Assembly (NCBI GenBank): GCA_011525365.1
Contig: WTGQ01000002.1
Coordinates: forward strand, 473,064 to 537,063
From: Acidobacteriota bacterium
Lineage (GTDB): Bacteria; Acidobacteriota; Thermoanaerobaculia; Multivoradales; Multivoraceae
DNA length: 64,000 nt
Reading direction: 5' to 3'
Position 1 is the stretch's first letter; every line of letters begins with the position of its first letter. The notes beneath the pieces were generated by a model. That model did no database searches. It was not told the origin of the DNA and saw only the letters and a program-made list of their open reading frames with translations. Positions 29,104 to 37,953 of this stretch are shown piece by piece. The position numbers and the translations under genes were made by a program.

Positions 29104-29110
29104 AGCCCCG

Positions 29111-29995
29111 GTGCCGCTCTTCAGGTCGCTCCGGCCGGCGCAGTGGAGCAAGAACGTATTCGTCCTGGCGCCGGCGACGTTCGCCGGCAGCCTCCTGGAT
29201 CGCGGCACGCTGGAGGCGTCGGCGATCGCCTTCGTCTCGTTCTGCGCCGCGGCCAGTGCCGTCTACCTGTTCAACGATCTCCGCGACCGCGAGCAGGACC
29301 GCCGCCATCCGCGCAAGCGCCTGCGGCCGGTGGCGTCCGGCGCCCTGGGAACTGCGCCCGCCGCCGCGATGGGCGTCGCCCTTGCCGCCGCCGCGCTCAT
29401 CGCGGCCTGGACGCTCAACCGGGAGACGGCGCTCCTGGTCGGCCTCTACCTGTTGGCGAACCTCCTGTACAGCCTGTGGCTGAAGGAGATCGTGATCGTC
29501 GACGTGATGGTGCTGGCGAGCGGCTACGTCATCCGGGTGTTGGTTGGAGCGGCCGCGGTCGGGGTCACGGTTTCCGCCTGGCTGCTGCTCTGTACGGTCT
29601 TCCTGTCGCTGTTCCTGGGCTTCTCCAAGCGCCGCCACGAACTCGTGCTGCTTCCGGATGACGCCGGTGAGCAGCGGGCGGTACTCGATCACTACAGCCC
29701 GACGTTCCTGGACCAGATGATGAACGTCGTGACGGCTTCGACCTTGCTGTCCTACGCCCTCTACACGACCGCCGACGACACGGTCATGCGCTTCGGCGAC
29801 TACGGCCTGGTGTGGACCGTTCCGTTCGTGCTGTTCGGCATCTTCCGTTACCTGTACCTGATCCACCAGGCCGACAATCCGAAACAGCGGAACCCGACCG
29901 AGCTACTCCTCTACGACGTTCCCTTCCTGGTGAACGTGGGGCTCTACGCCCTGGCTGTCTTCGCCATCGTTTACCTGCCGGGGCCGGCGCAGTAG
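29111..29995 (+). CDS. UbiA-family prenyltransferase, resembling decaprenyl-phosphate phosphoribosyltransferase
   Basis: 'SLRPAQWSKN' N-terminus. 'YLFNDLRDREQDRRHPRKRLRP' is the NDxxDxxxD Asp-rich motif plus the HPxKxxRP block characteristic of DPPR-synthase-like UbiA enzymes. Confidence 0.85.
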   Translation: MPLFRSLRPAQWSKNVFVLAPATFAGSLLDRGTLEASAIAFVSFCAAASAVYLFNDLRDREQDRRHPRKRLRPVASGALGTAPAAAMGVALAAAALIAAWTLNRETALLVGLYLLANLLYSLWLKEIVIVDVMVLASGYVIRVLVGAAAVGVTVSAWLLLCTVFLSLFLGFSKRRHELVLLPDDAGEQRAVLDHYSPTFLDQMMNVVTASTLLSYALYTTADDTVMRFGDYGLVWTVPFVLFGIFRYLYLIHQADNPKQRNPTELLLYDVPFLVNVGLYALAVFAIVYLPGPAQ

Positions 29996-30949
29996 CGACA
30001 GCACCCAGGGCATCGCCAGCAGGCCGACCGCGACCGCGAACCAGAGCGTGGCGGCGCGGACGATGACGGTCGAGGCCATCGCGGCGTCGAGAGCGACGCC
30101 CTGGCGTTCCAGCAACAGGACGAGCGATCCCTCCGCCGCGAGCAGGCCGCCGGGGATCATCGAGGCGGCGCCCGCTACGCTGGAGGCCGCGTAGTCGAAC
30201 ACCGAGGCCAGCACGGGCACCGAGGGCGCGTAGTGGCGGACGACGAGCGCGCAGCCGATCCCCTCCGCCGCCCATGCCGCGGTGGACAGGGCGAGCCCCG
30301 GAAGCAGCATCCTGGGCTCCACCAGTTTCGTGAATGCCTGGTGAATGTCGATCAGCACGGCGGCGCGGCCTTTGGCGAGTCGGGTCTTCGCCAGCAGGGG
30401 CAGCAGTCGTTTCGTCAGGGGGCCGTAGGCAACCGCGACCACGGCGCCGGCCGCGACGAGGACGATGGGAGCGACGAATGAGCGCTGGCCGGTGAAGACG
30501 AAGACCGACGACAGGAGCAGCAGCAGGACGGCGAGCACGTCGAGCAGCCGTTCGGTGACGACGACGGCGATGACCGGACGGGCCCGTCCGCCACCGAACT
30601 CGCGTGCCAGCCAGGCCTTGGCGAGCTCGCCGGCCTTGCCCGGGGTCACCGCGAGCAGGAAGCCGGTCAGGAAGATCGCGAGGCTGCGGCTCCAGCGCAG
30701 GCGGACGTCGAGTTGCCGCAGGTACATCTGCCAGCGAACGAAGCGCAGCCAGTAGTTGACCGCGGACAGCAGCAGCACGACGACCAGCGTCGAGACGCTG
30801 AAGTCCCGGATCAGATCGCGGATCTGCTCGAAGTCGCCGACAAAGCCGAGCGCGGCGAAGGTGACCGTGCCCAGCAGGAGCAGGATCAGCAGGCCCCTTC
30901 CGATGCCGCGGAACGGCTGGTGGTTGGAGAGCTGCACGAGCGGCGGCAT
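29903..30949 (-). CDS. Flippase-like / lysylphosphatidylglycerol-synthase-TM-domain family (UPF0104) membrane protein
   Basis: About 8 TM helices. 'LTGFLLAVTPGKAGELAKAW' is the conserved UPF0104 block. Its 3' end overlaps the convergent UbiA-family gene by 93 bp. Confidence 0.7.
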   Translation of the reverse strand: MPPLVQLSNHQPFRGIGRGLLILLLLGTVTFAALGFVGDFEQIRDLIRDFSVSTLVVVLLLSAVNYWLRFVRWQMYLRQLDVRLRWSRSLAIFLTGFLLAVTPGKAGELAKAWLAREFGGGRARPVIAVVVTERLLDVLAVLLLLLSSVFVFTGQRSFVAPIVLVAAGAVVAVAYGPLTKRLLPLLAKTRLAKGRAAVLIDIHQAFTKLVEPRMLLPGLALSTAAWAAEGIGCALVVRHYAPSVPVLASVFDYAASSVAGAASMIPGGLLAAEGSLVLLLERQGVALDAAMASTVIVRAATLWFAVAVGLLAMPWVLSLLRRPRQVNDGEDSQGVEPHVHQEGNVVEE

Positions 30950-31009
30950 GGACGGTAGCAGCTTCAGGACCGTACAGCTCAGGTGGGAGGCGCTAAGCTG
31001 ATTCCGCAG

Positions 31010-32464
31010 ATGTCGAGCGCGAAGTCGAAGGCGCGGCACCGCCTGGCTGCCCGGATCGTGCTCTATGGAGCGTTGCTCGCGGCCGTCGCGTTCGCCGTCG
31101 TGTTCTCCCGGCGGACGGCCCCGCCTCCGGTCTTCGACACGAGCTGGCAGGACGTCGACTTCGAGGCGGACGAGAACGTCCGGCGCCTTCAGGATCTGGT
31201 GCGGATCGATACGACGCCGGACACGGGTCGCGAGATCGATGCCGCGCGCTACCTCGCCGGCATCCTGGAGGAGGCGGACATTGCCGTGGAGATCGAGCGG
31301 CACGAGGGCGCCAGGGCGAACCTGTGGGCGATCCTCGAAGGCGAGAGCCGCGAGGCGCTGGTGCTCCACAACCACCTCGACGTCGATCCGGTGCGGCGCC
31401 CGGAGGAGTGGGCCGTGCCCCCCTTCGAGGGGAGGATCGAGCCGCCATGGATGATCGGCCGTGGCGTCTTCGACATGAAGAGCGTGACGGTGGCTCAGCT
31501 CGCGGCCACGCTGGCGGCCCGGGAACGGATGGCGGCGACCGGCCGCCGGCCGCGGCGGTCGCTGATCTTCCTCGCGACGAGCAGCGAAGAAACCGGCAGC
31601 GATCTGGGGACGCGTCACATCCTGAACAACCGCCCGGAACTCAGGGACCGGTTTTGGACCGTGCTGACCGAGGGCGGTGTGCTGGAGGCGACCTGGACGA
31701 ACGACGTGAAGTACTGGGGCACCTCCTTCGCCCAGAAGCAGTTCCTGGAGGCGATGGCCACGGCGCCGTCGGCGGAGCGGCTGGAGCGGCTCCGCGCTGA
31801 TCTGCTCGCCGCGCTCAGCACCGCGAAGCCGGTAGCGGTGGTCCCCGAGGTGGCGGCGTTCGTGGCGGCCTACGGGCCGTCGCGCCAGCATCCGGACTAC
31901 CGGGCAGCGCTGGCCGAGCCGGAACGTCTGCTCGAGGAGCCGGAACTCTTCGACGGTCTGCCGGACCTGCTCAAGGCGTTGTTCCGCAACGAGGCTCACC
32001 CCTTCTTTGTCGAAGCCGCTTCCACTGGCGGCTACCGGCTGCGCATCGTCCTCCACGTGCTGCCCGGACTGGACGCCGACGTCGCCGCGGCCGAACTCCT
32101 GCCCGCCCGGCTGCTGCACGGCGTGGAGATTCGCATCCACGAGCGGCGGGGAGCGGCACACGGCAGCCCCCTCGATCACCCGGCGTACCTGCGGTTGACC
32201 GAATCGCTGCGCCGGCGCACCGGCGTCGAGCCGGAGCGGATCGGTCCCTACCTGCTGGCGCGCTACGCCAACGACGCCCGCTTCTTCCGGCTCCACGGCA
32301 TTGCCGCGTACGGATTCACGCCCTTCCGGTTTCTGGCCGTCGACTCGATGACCGTGGCCGGCCCGAACGAGAAGATCGCCCTGCCCGCCTTCGTGGACGG
32401 CGTCGATCTCTACCGGCAGGTCGTACTGGACCTTGTCGACCTGGCGCCGGAGGCGGCCCGGTGA
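31010..32464 (+). CDS. Secreted M20-family metallopeptidase (ArgE/DapE/CPG2-like)
   Basis: A signal/TM segment is followed by M20 motifs 'LVLHNHLDVDP' and 'GRGVFDMKS'. Tandem paralogue of the next gene. Confidence 0.85.
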   Translation: MSSAKSKARHRLAARIVLYGALLAAVAFAVVFSRRTAPPPVFDTSWQDVDFEADENVRRLQDLVRIDTTPDTGREIDAARYLAGILEEADIAVEIERHEGARANLWAILEGESREALVLHNHLDVDPVRRPEEWAVPPFEGRIEPPWMIGRGVFDMKSVTVAQLAATLAARERMAATGRRPRRSLIFLATSSEETGSDLGTRHILNNRPELRDRFWTVLTEGGVLEATWTNDVKYWGTSFAQKQFLEAMATAPSAERLERLRADLLAALSTAKPVAVVPEVAAFVAAYGPSRQHPDYRAALAEPERLLEEPELFDGLPDLLKALFRNEAHPFFVEAASTGGYRLRIVLHVLPGLDADVAAAELLPARLLHGVEIRIHERRGAAHGSPLDHPAYLRLTESLRRRTGVEPERIGPYLLARYANDARFFRLHGIAAYGFTPFRFLAVDSMTVAGPNEKIALPAFVDGVDLYRQVVLDLVDLAPEAAR

Positions 32465-33948
32465 GGGCGCCGGGCGCGTGGCGAACCTGGCGTCGGTGCG
32501 CCGGCCTTCCGGCCGGCTTCCGGCGGGTGCTCGGCGCGTGGCGAAATGGGCTTCTTGCAGCCTCCGCCGCGGTTCTGCTGGCGGCGGGACCGGCGTTCGC
32601 CGGCGCGGGTCCGGTTGCCTGGCTCCAGACCTATCTCGCGTTCGACACCAGCAATCCCCCGGGCGGGGAGCTGGCCGCCGTCGAGTACCTGGCCTCGCTG
32701 ATCGGGCGCCGCGACCCGGAGGGGGAGATCGACGTTCGGGTGCTGATCAGCCCCAACGGTCGGGCCAACCTCTACGCGCGGCTGCCGGCGAACGTCCGCG
32801 ATGCCGGGAGCGGCGCACTGGTGCTGCTGCATCACGTCGACGTGGTCCCGGCGGGAGAGGGCTGGAGCCGGCCGCCCTTCGGCGGCACGATGCACGACGG
32901 GAAGATCTGGGGTCGTGGCGCCCTCGACGCGAAGAGTCTCGGCATTGCCCATCTGGGCGCGATGCTGCACCTGCTCGAGAGCGGCCAGCCGCGGCGCCGG
33001 GACCTGATCTTCGTCGCCAGCGCCGACGAGGAGGCGGGCGGCGCCGACGGTGTCGGCTGGCTGCTGGAGGAGCATTCGGGTCTGTTCGACGATGTCGAGG
33101 CGGTGCTGAACGAGGCGGGCGTCAACCGTGTGGCTGGGGACCGCCTGCTGTGGTGGGGTATCGAGACGGCGCAGAAGCAGGTGCTCTGGCTCCGCGTCAC
33201 GGCCACCGGGCGCGGCGGGCACGGTTCGGGATTCAATCCCGCCAGCCCCACGCACCGGCTGGTGCGGGCGCTGAACCGGGTTCTCGAACTGGAGCATCCG
33301 TGGCGGATCACCGCCGCGGCGCACGAGGCCTACCGGGGGCTCGCGGCGTTCCACTCGGACGAGTTCGCCGAAGTCTTCGATCAGCCGATCGAGGCCGTGC
33401 AGGACGAACTGGACCGGCGCCTTCGGGTCGGCGGCCTGGACCGGGTGCTGCTGCCCGGCATGTCGGCGAGCTTCCGCGACACCGTTCAGATCACCCGGAT
33501 CGACAATGGCGGCGGACCGGTCAACGTGGCGCCGGCCGAGGCGGCGGCGCTGATCGACGCCCGCCTGTTGCCGGACACCGATGCCGAGGCCTTCCGCCGG
33601 CGCGTCGACACTGTCCTGGGTACCGGCATTCACGTCGAGGAACTCCTGCGCTCGGGCGCCAGCCCGGCGTCGAGCACGGACAGCGACGTGTACCGGACGC
33701 TGGAACGCGTCCTCGGCGTGCGCGCGCCGGTGGCGCCGGCCATGATCGCCGGCGCGACGGACTCGCGCTTCTTCCGCCGGCGCGGTGTGGACGCCTACGG
33801 TTTCTCCCCCTTCGTCGTAGCCAGCGGGGACGCCGCCGGCATCCACGGGCTCGACGAGCGGATACCGGTGGACGGTTTCCTTCGCGGCTGCGAGATGATG
33901 AAACGGGTCGTCGCCGCGCTCGTTCGGGGGAACGGCGGGCAACCATGA
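32461..33948 (+). CDS. Secreted M20-family metallopeptidase, tandem paralogue
   Basis: 'LVLLHHVDVVP' and 'GRGALDAKS' are present. A signal peptide is 'AVLLAAGPAFAGAG'. There is a 4-nt overlap with the upstream paralogue. Confidence 0.85.
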   Translation: MRAPGAWRTWRRCAGLPAGFRRVLGAWRNGLLAASAAVLLAAGPAFAGAGPVAWLQTYLAFDTSNPPGGELAAVEYLASLIGRRDPEGEIDVRVLISPNGRANLYARLPANVRDAGSGALVLLHHVDVVPAGEGWSRPPFGGTMHDGKIWGRGALDAKSLGIAHLGAMLHLLESGQPRRRDLIFVASADEEAGGADGVGWLLEEHSGLFDDVEAVLNEAGVNRVAGDRLLWWGIETAQKQVLWLRVTATGRGGHGSGFNPASPTHRLVRALNRVLELEHPWRITAAAHEAYRGLAAFHSDEFAEVFDQPIEAVQDELDRRLRVGGLDRVLLPGMSASFRDTVQITRIDNGGGPVNVAPAEAAALIDARLLPDTDAEAFRRRVDTVLGTGIHVEELLRSGASPASSTDSDVYRTLERVLGVRAPVAPAMIAGATDSRFFRRRGVDAYGFSPFVVASGDAAGIHGLDERIPVDGFLRGCEMMKRVVAALVRGNGGQP

Positions 33949-34736
33949 CCGCTGAAGCGGTGCCGGCGACGTTCGCCCTCGGAGCGGTGTACGCCGCGGT
34001 GGTCGGGTTGTGCGTCGGCAGCTTCCTCAACGTGGTCGCCTGGCGCCTGCCGCGTGGCGAGTCGATCGTTCGGCCGCGGTCGCGCTGTCCCCATTGCAGC
34101 GCCGGCATTGCCGCGCGGGACAACGTACCGCTGTTGAGTTTCGCGATGCTCCGCGGCCGCTGCCGGACCTGCGGCGAGGCGATCGCGTGGCGCTATCCGG
34201 CGGTCGAGGCAGGCAGCGGTCTCCTCTGGCTCACGTCCTGGCTCGTGTTCGGGCCGACGTTCGACGGTCTTCTGGCTGCCGTCTTCTGCAGCCTCATGCT
34301 GGTGCTGGCGCTCATCGACGCAAGCCACTTCCTGCTCCCTGACCCGCTGACCTGGGGCGGGATCGGTCTCGGTCTGGCCGGCTCCTTTGTAGTTACCTGG
34401 ACAACGCCCCGGGGCGCGGTGTTCGGCGCGGCGATCGGGGCGGGAGCGCTGCTGCTGCTGATCGGGCTCTGGTACCTCCTTCGCCGGGTACGGGGCATGG
34501 GGCTCGGGGACGTGAAGATGCTCGCCGCGGTCGGCGCTTTTCTCGGCGTCGGCGGAACGCTCCTGACGCTGTTTCTCGCGTCACTGATCGGCGCCCTGGC
34601 CGGTCTCCTGTTCCTGGTCCGCGGCCGGCTGGGCTGGAGTTCCAGGCTCCCCTTCGGCGTCTTTCTCGCGGTGGGCGCCGTCGTGTCGCTGTTCTTCGGC
34701 GCGCGGCTGATCGCCGCCTACACCTCCCTGCTTTAG
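33945..34736 (+). CDS. pilD: Prepilin peptidase (A24 family, PilD/GspO-like)
   Basis: The N-terminal zinc motif is CPHC...CRTC. 'GLGDVKMLAAVGAFLG' is the catalytic Asp region. ATGA overlap with the upstream gene. Confidence 0.88.
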   Translation: MTAEAVPATFALGAVYAAVVGLCVGSFLNVVAWRLPRGESIVRPRSRCPHCSAGIAARDNVPLLSFAMLRGRCRTCGEAIAWRYPAVEAGSGLLWLTSWLVFGPTFDGLLAAVFCSLMLVLALIDASHFLLPDPLTWGGIGLGLAGSFVVTWTTPRGAVFGAAIGAGALLLLIGLWYLLRRVRGMGLGDVKMLAAVGAFLGVGGTLLTLFLASLIGALAGLLFLVRGRLGWSSRLPFGVFLAVGAVVSLFFGARLIAAYTSLL

Positions 34737-34808
34737 ATCTGCCCACACTGGGTGCGCCGGCGTACCGGCCGGCTCCGTGTTCCGCCCACCAATTCCGTCC
34801 TGGTCAGT

Positions 34809-35246
34809 ATGAACAGGACCCGCCTCGCTGCTTTCGCCGCGCCCCGGCACGCTGGCTTCAGCCTCGTCGAAGTGCTCGTCTCCCTCGCGCTGCTGGGCCT
34901 GACGGCGGCCACCGTGCTCGCGCTGCTAGTTCGATCCGGGCTGAACAACCTTGAGGCGCGCCGCGCGGAGGCTCTCGCGGCGATGGCGCGCGCGTCGCTT
35001 CCGGATCTCGACGGCGCCGAGGACCTGGAACAGGTCTGGTGCCCCTCCGCGGCGGCCTGGCAGGCTGCATGCGCGGCCGAGTCTCCCCGCTACCGGCGCG
35101 TCGTCCGTTCCGTTCCCGTGGCCGAACCCGGGCGCCCGGGTGAGTCCCTGGAGGTCGCCGAGGTCACGCTCCAGGTGACCGCCCTGCAGGCGGGGCGGGC
35201 CGCGGGCGAAAGGACCATCACCGTCGTCACCCTGCGCGTTCCATGA
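34809..35246 (+). CDS. Type IV minor pilin/pseudopilin (PilV-like)
   Basis: The prepilin leader plus class-III signal is '...APRHAG|FSLVEVLVSLALLG'. G is at -1, F at +1 and E at +5. Confidence 0.7.
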   Translation: MNRTRLAAFAAPRHAGFSLVEVLVSLALLGLTAATVLALLVRSGLNNLEARRAEALAAMARASLPDLDGAEDLEQVWCPSAAAWQAACAAESPRYRRVVRSVPVAEPGRPGESLEVAEVTLQVTALQAGRAAGERTITVVTLRVP

Positions 35247-36259
35247 GGACCGCCGCGGGTGTCCCGAAGACGACCGAAGGGGGCGCCAGCCTGCTCGAGA
35301 CCCTCGTCGCGTTCGGCCTTACGGTTGCCGTGTCGGCGTTCGCACTCTCCCTGTTCACGTTCCATCAGCGTCTGGCGCGGGCCCAACTGGACGACGCGTT
35401 CCTTCAGCAGGCGCAGCGGACGGCACACCGGGAGCTGCGGCGGAGTCTGCGCGGCGCCGGCCGCGGCGGCATCGTGCGGCGGATGCCGGGCCAGGAGCGG
35501 CGCCCGGAGCTCGCCGCTTTCGTCGAGAAGGACGTGGCGCCAGGCCATCCGGTCGGCGCGCTGACCGCGGCCGAGGGCACCGACGTCCTGGTCGTTCGGG
35601 GCGTGATGAACGGGCCTCTGTACTGGGTGGAGGATTCAGCCCTCGATCCGGCCAGCGGACGCGGTTGGGTCGAAGTGCGGGCGGAGACCGCGAACGGCGT
35701 TTCACAACCGCTCGCCATGCTGCAGGACGCGGGCGCGGCGGGTGACGACGCTCTGCTCCTGGTCGCGGCGGCCGGGGCGGCTCATGCGGTCGCTCCGATC
35801 ACGGACATCGAGGCCAGCGGCCGCGGTCGCGGCCGCATGCTGAAGGTCCACTTCCACGGCGATCCCTCGCGGGGGCCGATCGCGACAGCCTACGTCGGCA
35901 TGTCGAGTGGAGGCGTCTGGCCCGCCGGCCCAATGATGGTGGTCGACCGCGTCGGCGTGCTGGAGGAGTGGCGGTTCTACATCCGGCCGGGCGATTCGGG
36001 GGCCGGCCAGGGACCGCAGCTCGCGAAGGCGCGCTTCTACCCCGGGACGGAGATCGCCTGGCGGCGACGCAACTCGAGCCTGTTGCAGCCGATCGCCGAC
36101 GACATCGTCGACCTCGACGTGACGATCGTGCGCACCGCGGATGGAGGGCCCTTCGCCGCGAAACTGACCAGTAGGGCCCGCGCCGGCGAACCGGCCGCTA
36201 CGGCACTGCGCATGGAGCGGACGGCGTCGTCCGTCGTCCGGTTGAGGAACCTCCGGTGA
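35243..36259 (+). CDS. Type IV minor pilin (PilW-like)
   Basis: An atypical prepilin N-terminus 'TEGG|ASLLETLVAFGLTV' has E at +5 but A at +1. It is translationally coupled to the flanking pilin genes. Confidence 0.55.
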   Translation: MRTAAGVPKTTEGGASLLETLVAFGLTVAVSAFALSLFTFHQRLARAQLDDAFLQQAQRTAHRELRRSLRGAGRGGIVRRMPGQERRPELAAFVEKDVAPGHPVGALTAAEGTDVLVVRGVMNGPLYWVEDSALDPASGRGWVEVRAETANGVSQPLAMLQDAGAAGDDALLLVAAAGAAHAVAPITDIEASGRGRGRMLKVHFHGDPSRGPIATAYVGMSSGGVWPAGPMMVVDRVGVLEEWRFYIRPGDSGAGQGPQLAKARFYPGTEIAWRRRNSSLLQPIADDIVDLDVTIVRTADGGPFAAKLTSRARAGEPAATALRMERTASSVVRLRNLR

Positions 36260-37953
36260 AGAGGCCGGCGTCGGCTCAGGGCAGTTCCACCCTGCTGGTG
36301 ACGCTCATCCTGCTTCTTCTGAGCGGCTCCTGCCTGGCGTTGCTGATGGCGACGCAGACGGAACTGCTGGTCGCTTTCCAGGACAAGGTCCAGGTGCGTC
36401 TGCTCGCCGCGGCGGACGGCGGCCTGGAGCTTGGAGTGGCGCGCGGCATCGCCGGCGCCGGGGAGCCGACGATGCGAACCCTCGGCGGCTCGCTGCCCGG
36501 CGCCGAGGTCCGGGTCGAGCTGTCCGGCTTCGTCCCCATGGCGCACGGCGCCTGCCACCTGTGCATGACGAACCTGGAGGGAACGCTGGGATCGCTGGGC
36601 GGCTTGAGGCGGGTGAGCCACGCCGTCTCGGCTACGGCGACCGCTCCGCGCCGTTCGGACGGTCTCCCGCCGCCCCTGCGCTCCGTGTCCGCCGTGGTCG
36701 ACCTGATGCCCTGGCCGGCGGGAAGCCGGGACCGGTGGGACCTGGCTGCGACGATGGCGGCCGCGCGGCGGCGGATCCGGCAGATTGCCCTTGCCGGGGC
36801 CGGCGACTACGAGGAAGGAGCGCCGCTCGCGGTGACGAGGTTGGAAGACAGCGATGGCGATCCGCCGCGCACCGTGGCGGTCGGTAGCTCCGGCCGATCG
36901 CTTCATGCCGTCGAGATGGCACCAGGTGCGGGTCCGCTCTGGTCGTTCGCCGACGTGACCGACGAGGACGGCAACGGTGCGCCCGATCTCGGCAGCTCGC
37001 TGGCGCCGCCGGCGATCGTGAGGCTGCGTCTGGGGGAAGGTGGCCGTCCGGTGGTGCTCTTCGGCGGCGGTTACGATCCCGAGCTTCCGGACGACGTCGG
37101 CAACTGGCTCTACATCGTAGGAGTCGACTCCGGCACGCTGCTCTACAAGCGCCGGCTGGACGCTCCGGTCACGGCGTCGCTGGCCGCGGCCGACCTCGAC
37201 GGCGATGGCATGGCCGACCGGATCTACGTCGGCACACTCGCCGGCAGCCTGTACCGCGTCGACGTGTCGACTCCCGCGCGACTCGCCGCCGGCCGGGTCG
37301 CGGCGGACGTCTGGGCGCCCCGGCGGGTGTTCGAGACCGGCGGGCGGCCGATCCGCCAGCCGCCCGCGGTGGTGCCGGCGCCGGAGGCCGGTGCGGAGGT
37401 GCTGGCCTTGGGCGCGGACGGGCGAGTCGACGTCCGGGCGTCGCCCGAGGAGGCGGCCGGCCGGTTCTTCGTCCTGGTCGACCGCGGATCGGAGCGCGTC
37501 GACCCAGCCTGGTCGCTCGCTCTTGAGCAGGGCGAGGAGATCGCCTCGCCGCCTTTGGCGGCCGCCGGCCTGCTGACCTTCCTGACCTTCAGGCCGACCG
37601 GGCTCGACGGCGGGGAGATCCATCGCTACTCGCTCCGGCTTCGTTCCGGCGATGCCGCCGCCGGTGGAGTGCGCGGCGTGCAGATCGCCAGCGGCGCCTC
37701 GCGGCCCTCGGTCGACTTCGGTGCGCCGACCCGGCTGGAGGTGGACCGTCCGGGGAGCGCCTTCGCGCCCCTGCTTTCACCTGGCGAAGAACGCGTCGTG
37801 GAGACGCTCCGGGCCGGTATGCCGTCAAGTTGTCGGTTCGCCGGCGCCCGCCTGCGCATTGTCGGCGCGGGCCTGGACGCCGAGCCGCTTCGTCTGGCGG
37901 TCCTGCCCGTATGCCGGATCGACATCGACTGGTTCGAGAACGGGAGGTTCTAG
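36256..37953 (+). CDS. PilX-N-terminal-domain / PilY1-like fusion protein (type IV pilus tip or minor pilin-associated)
   Basis: The N-terminus 'MKRPASAQGSSTLLVTLILLLLSGSCLALLM' is PilX-N like. The C-terminal half has a 'DLDGDGMAD' calcium-binding-type loop and Gly-rich beta-repeat character typical of PilY1-like domains. Confidence 0.6.
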   Translation: MKRPASAQGSSTLLVTLILLLLSGSCLALLMATQTELLVAFQDKVQVRLLAAADGGLELGVARGIAGAGEPTMRTLGGSLPGAEVRVELSGFVPMAHGACHLCMTNLEGTLGSLGGLRRVSHAVSATATAPRRSDGLPPPLRSVSAVVDLMPWPAGSRDRWDLAATMAAARRRIRQIALAGAGDYEEGAPLAVTRLEDSDGDPPRTVAVGSSGRSLHAVEMAPGAGPLWSFADVTDEDGNGAPDLGSSLAPPAIVRLRLGEGGRPVVLFGGGYDPELPDDVGNWLYIVGVDSGTLLYKRRLDAPVTASLAAADLDGDGMADRIYVGTLAGSLYRVDVSTPARLAAGRVAADVWAPRRVFETGGRPIRQPPAVVPAPEAGAEVLALGADGRVDVRASPEEAAGRFFVLVDRGSERVDPAWSLALEQGEEIASPPLAAAGLLTFLTFRPTGLDGGEIHRYSLRLRSGDAAAGGVRGVQIASGASRPSVDFGAPTRLEVDRPGSAFAPLLSPGEERVVETLRAGMPSSCRFAGARLRIVGAGLDAEPLRLAVLPVCRIDIDWFENGRF

